This document shows, one piece after another, positions 61,022 to 64,000 of a stretch of DNA of 64,000 nt; within the stretch, counting starts at the first letter, position 1, and the number at the start of each line of letters is the position of its first letter. A model generated the notes under the pieces. That model had not been told where the DNA came from. It saw nothing but the letters and a program-made list of their open reading frames with translations, and ran no database searches. The DNA comes from an uncultured cyanobacterium (GTDB taxonomy: Bacteria > Cyanobacteriota > Cyanobacteriia > Cyanobacteriales > CAWCAG01). The stretch spans positions 352,001-416,000 of the forward strand of contig CAWDOD010000003.1 of assembly GCA_963803805.1 (NCBI GenBank), written 5' to 3'. The translations under genes and the position numbers were made by a program.

Positions 61022-61750
61022 TCAGTTAGTAATAATTGAGTGCATCCCTAGAAAAATAAGGCATGGATTTACAAGTAATTTTTCTTTTAATGTAGGAAAC
61101 TGAGCTTTTAAATAAGTTGATAGCAATTCGCCCTCACCTCCAGTAAAAATAATCTGGCTGTGAGGAAATTTCTGCTGCCAATCCTGAATAAAATCGTAGA
61201 TGCCTGCTGTAAGAACATGAATAATACCACTAGCGATCGCCTCAGTTGTTTGTCGCGCCCACTTTGGTGGTATTTGGTTCGGTAATTGGATTTGAGGTAG
61301 GGCAGGAGTTTGTTGCTGCAAGGCTTTTAATTGTAGGCTTAACCCTGGTAAAATTGCGCCGCCGAGTAGTTCCCCTTTAGGGTTTGCACCGGTAAAAGTC
61401 AAGGCTGTTCCTCCATCAATAACTAAGATAGGAAAACCATAAATACAACCAGCCCCCCACAAAGCCAAGGCACGATCTAAGCCTAGGGTGGGATACATTC
61501 CCGAAAGAGGAACATCTTTTAAGGTAAGGAGTTTTTTGGGTTGATAGTGTTGCCACAAGTCCGTTTGAGGCGTAACCACAGAAGCGATGTATAAAGGTAG
61601 GGCAGCTAATTCTTCTGGCAATTGATTCTTCTCTACAGGTTGTTGTAGATGGGGAGTATGCCAGATTTGGTGTAAAGTGTTGTTTTTAAATAAAGCCCAA
61701 TGTAGTCTTGAGTTGCCAATGGCTAGGGCTAACCATTTATCATTTATCAT
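61022..61750 (-). CDS. coaX: Type III pantothenate kinase
   Basis: AIGNSRLHW, LGLDR, VIDGGTALT, GGAILPG, TGG. Confidence 0.9.
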   Translation of the reverse strand: MINDKWLALAIGNSRLHWALFKNNTLHQIWHTPHLQQPVEKNQLPEELAALPLYIASVVTPQTDLWQHYQPKKLLTLKDVPLSGMYPTLGLDRALALWGAGCIYGFPILVIDGGTALTFTGANPKGELLGGAILPGLSLQLKALQQQTPALPQIQLPNQIPPKWARQTTEAIASGIIHVLTAGIYDFIQDWQQKFPHSQIIFTGGEGELLSTYLKAQFPTLKEKLLVNPCLIFLGMHSIITN

Positions 61751-62057
61751 TTAACAGAAAATTATTAGTCAATCAACGAAGAATTAAATTGACAAGCTGT
61801 CACTCTGGTAATAATGCCTCCTTACATCTTTAGGGCTACCAAAGTTTCTTTTATTTAACCTTAAAAATATTAAAATCTGGTGCTTTTAGCACTGACGAAA
61901 TCTATACTTAAATTTAAAGCTATTATACAAGGTTTTCTGCCCTGCTCCCCCATGATAATTTGTTGAGATTGATGAGGAGACTGAATGACACTGGAGAGGA
62001 GGAAGTAATAAGTTTTGAATATACTGTTCCCCGTTCCCTATTCCCTGTTTCCTAATT

Positions 62058-62804
62058 ATGAAAATCACTCGAAACCACCAACAAATACTGCAAGATCCTC
62101 GCCGCAAAAGCCAGTTGCAAAAATTGGTGCAAAAGTTAGGATTAGCGAAAGATGCTCCGATTAACTGGTTTTTGCTGGATTTAGCTTTAACCCATCCTAG
62201 TTTGTCGGGGGAAGCTAATTATCAACAGTTAGAATTTATAGGTGATGCAGTAGTACGTTTAGCGGCTTCTGAGTTGTTGTGGGAAATTTATCCTGATGCT
62301 TCTGTGGGGGAGTTTTCTGCTATTCGTAAAGTATTAGTTAGCGATCGCACTTTAGCCAACTTTGCTCAGAGTTTGGGGGTGGAGCCTTATTTATTGGTGG
62401 GGGGGAGTGCTGTCAATAATAAAGGGGGCAGGATGTCCCGTTTGGCAGATGCTTTTGAAGCTATTTTAGCCGCACTCTATCTAAGTAGCCAGAGTATGGA
62501 GTTAATAAGGCCTTGGTTAGATCCTATACTTAAAGATTTAGCCACAGAAATTCGCAAAGATCCTGCTAGACAAAATTATAAGGATGCGTTGCAAGAATGG
62601 ACTCAAGCACAATACAAAATTCTGCCTGAATATCGAGTGACAGAAAACGAGAATTATCGAGTTGATGGAGAGCGTTTTGTTGCTGAAGTATGGTTACAAG
62701 AGCAGCTTTTGGGGAAAGGTAAGGGAAGTTCCAAAAAAGCTGCTGAAAAGGCTGCTGCAAAAGAGGCTTTTGTATCTTTTGTGTTAAATTCCCAAAAGGT
62801 ATAA
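62058..62804 (+). CDS. rnc: Ribonuclease III
   Basis: ALTHPS, LEFIGDAV, ADAFEAILAA, dsRBD NYKDALQEW...GSSKKAAE. Confidence 0.92.
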   Translation: MKITRNHQQILQDPRRKSQLQKLVQKLGLAKDAPINWFLLDLALTHPSLSGEANYQQLEFIGDAVVRLAASELLWEIYPDASVGEFSAIRKVLVSDRTLANFAQSLGVEPYLLVGGSAVNNKGGRMSRLADAFEAILAALYLSSQSMELIRPWLDPILKDLATEIRKDPARQNYKDALQEWTQAQYKILPEYRVTENENYRVDGERFVAEVWLQEQLLGKGKGSSKKAAEKAAAKEAFVSFVLNSQKV

Positions 62805-62840
62805 GAGAGAGCCAAGAAAAGACTTATCCAAAAGCGATAA

Positions 62841-62922
62841 GCTAATGGCTAGTCGCTAGTTGCTAGTTGCTAGTTGCTAAAATCTTATACTTGGTGAGGA
62901 TATTTTATTTATTGAAGTTCTC
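62841..62922 (-). repeat. Dispersed repeat, inverted copy of 38466-38540
   Basis: Reverse complement matches from 38466 onward, with one extra heptamer. Confidence 0.9.
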
Positions 62923-63018
62923 CAAAGAGAAAACTGTTCCCTGTAGCCTTACGGCAACCATAAGCGCGAACCCCTGTTCCCTATTCATTTACAAAAAGCA
63001 ATAATTCTAGGAAATGGC

Positions 63019-64000
63019 ATGAAAACAAAAGTTGCAATATTAGGAGTAGGGCGCTGGGGTACTCATTTGTTGAGAAATTTTCATCAACATCCTCAAGCAG
63101 AGGTTGTTGCTGTTGTCGATCCTCACCAGAAAAGGTTGGTAGCTTGTAGAGAGAAGTTAGGTTTAGATGAACAGAGTATTGTTATGAGTACTCAGTGGTC
63201 TGCTGTACGGCAGTTAGAAGGGCTTGAGGCAGTGGTTGTTGCCACTCCTGCTTCTACCCATTACCCTTTAATTTTGGATGCCCTAGAACTCGGTTATCAC
63301 GTTCTAGCAGAAAAGCCCTTAACCTTAGAACCAAGTGAGTGTGTAGAACTTTGTGATTTAGCTCAAAAGCAGCAGAAACAGTTGTTAGTAGATCATACCT
63401 ATTTGTTTAACCCTGCGGTGGCAAAAGGGAAAGAAGTGGTTGCAACAGGAAAATTGGGAGCCTTGCGTTATGGTTATGCTAGTCGTACCCATTTGGGACC
63501 AGTACGACAAGATGTGGATGCCCTCTGGGATTTAGCAATTCATGACATTGCGATTTTTAACCATTGGTTGACAGAACAACCGATACAAGTACAGGCTAAT
63601 GGTTCTGTATGGTTACAACCAGAGGTGGCAGATTTGGTTTGGGTAACATTAACCTATCCTAGCGGCTTCCGAGCTTATATTCACCTTTGTTGGCTCAATC
63701 CTGATAAACAAAGGCGTTTGGGGATGGTTGGGGAGAAAGGAAGTTTGATTTTTGATGAAATGCTTACGGATGCACCCTTGACTTTGCAACAGGGTTATTT
63801 TGAGCGACAAGGTGCATATTATGCTCCTAAAGATCAACATCGTGAGGTAATTCCTGTTCCTGATGCTGAACCTCTTAAACAAGTCTGCGATCGCTTCTTA
63901 GAAAATATTCATTCTGGAACGAATCAGGCTGTTTCTTCTGGTTGGGTGGGTGCAGAGTTGGTACAGGTTCTTAGTTGTTTGAGGAAGTCTTTGGCACAGA
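63019..64000 (+). CDS. Gfo/Idh/MocA family oxidoreductase (runs off the window end; not in ORF track)
   Basis: MKTKVAILGVGRWG, VATPASTH, HVLAEKP, DHTYLF, WDLAIHD. Confidence 0.92.
   Translation, partial: MKTKVAILGVGRWGTHLLRNFHQHPQAEVVAVVDPHQKRLVACREKLGLDEQSIVMSTQWSAVRQLEGLEAVVVATPASTHYPLILDALELGYHVLAEKPLTLEPSECVELCDLAQKQQKQLLVDHTYLFNPAVAKGKEVVATGKLGALRYGYASRTHLGPVRQDVDALWDLAIHDIAIFNHWLTEQPIQVQANGSVWLQPEVADLVWVTLTYPSGFRAYIHLCWLNPDKQRRLGMVGEKGSLIFDEMLTDAPLTLQQGYFERQGAYYAPKDQHREVIPVPDAEPLKQVCDRFLENIHSGTNQAVSSGWVGAELVQVLSCLRKSLAQ

Larger units (their letters stand above)
1237..63894. repeat. HIP1 octamer GCGATCGC, dispersed throughout
   Basis: Examples at 1237, 9679, overlapping pair 19779-19792 and 63887; dozens seen. 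Confidence 0.95.

Noticed and set aside
62218-62250. RNase III signature reads YQQLEFIGD rather than NERLEFLGD
   Set aside because: The catalytic E/D residues are retained, so this is not evidence of inactivation.
63649-63882. 77-aa minus-strand ORF
   Set aside because: Antisense shadow of the Gfo/Idh/MocA gene starting at 63019.

Overview
This is ~40% GC chromosomal DNA from a photosynthetic cyanobacterium, judged from abundant HIP1 GCGATCGC octamers, heptamer intergenic repeats, and psaX, psb27, apcF and an NtcA-type glnA promoter. It is mostly core genome: glyA, ylqF/rbgA, purL-purF, a class A PBP, apcF-glnA, tocopherol genes, tRNA-Leu(TAG), cugP-like, scpA, pdxH, comEA-type PLD, tyrA, coaX and rnc. 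Signalling and accessory genes are interspersed. Most notable: (1) a TrcR-like RHH repressor divergent from a leader ORF-HNH nuclease-alr0857-like operon, where the leader ends in a sequence able to disrupt a downstream intrinsic terminator, i.e. a candidate ribosome-sensing attenuator; (2) an unannotated ~255-nt minus-strand structured RNA with its own -10 box and terminator next to tRNA-Leu; (3) a roadblock/MglA-like GTPase/DUF4388/V4R-like G-protein module with a perfect 26-bp upstream palindrome; (4) a divergent membrane-anchored CHAT protease + NB-ARC/TPR STAND pair; (5) an orphan 1051-aa WGR/HEAT protein; (6) three genes broken by single-base lesions (hpt, a DUF187 GH-like gene, pdxH); (7) two families of dispersed MITE/REP-like repeats. 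No CRISPR array, rRNA or intact transposase was seen. All family assignments come from motif recognition by eye, not from database searches.
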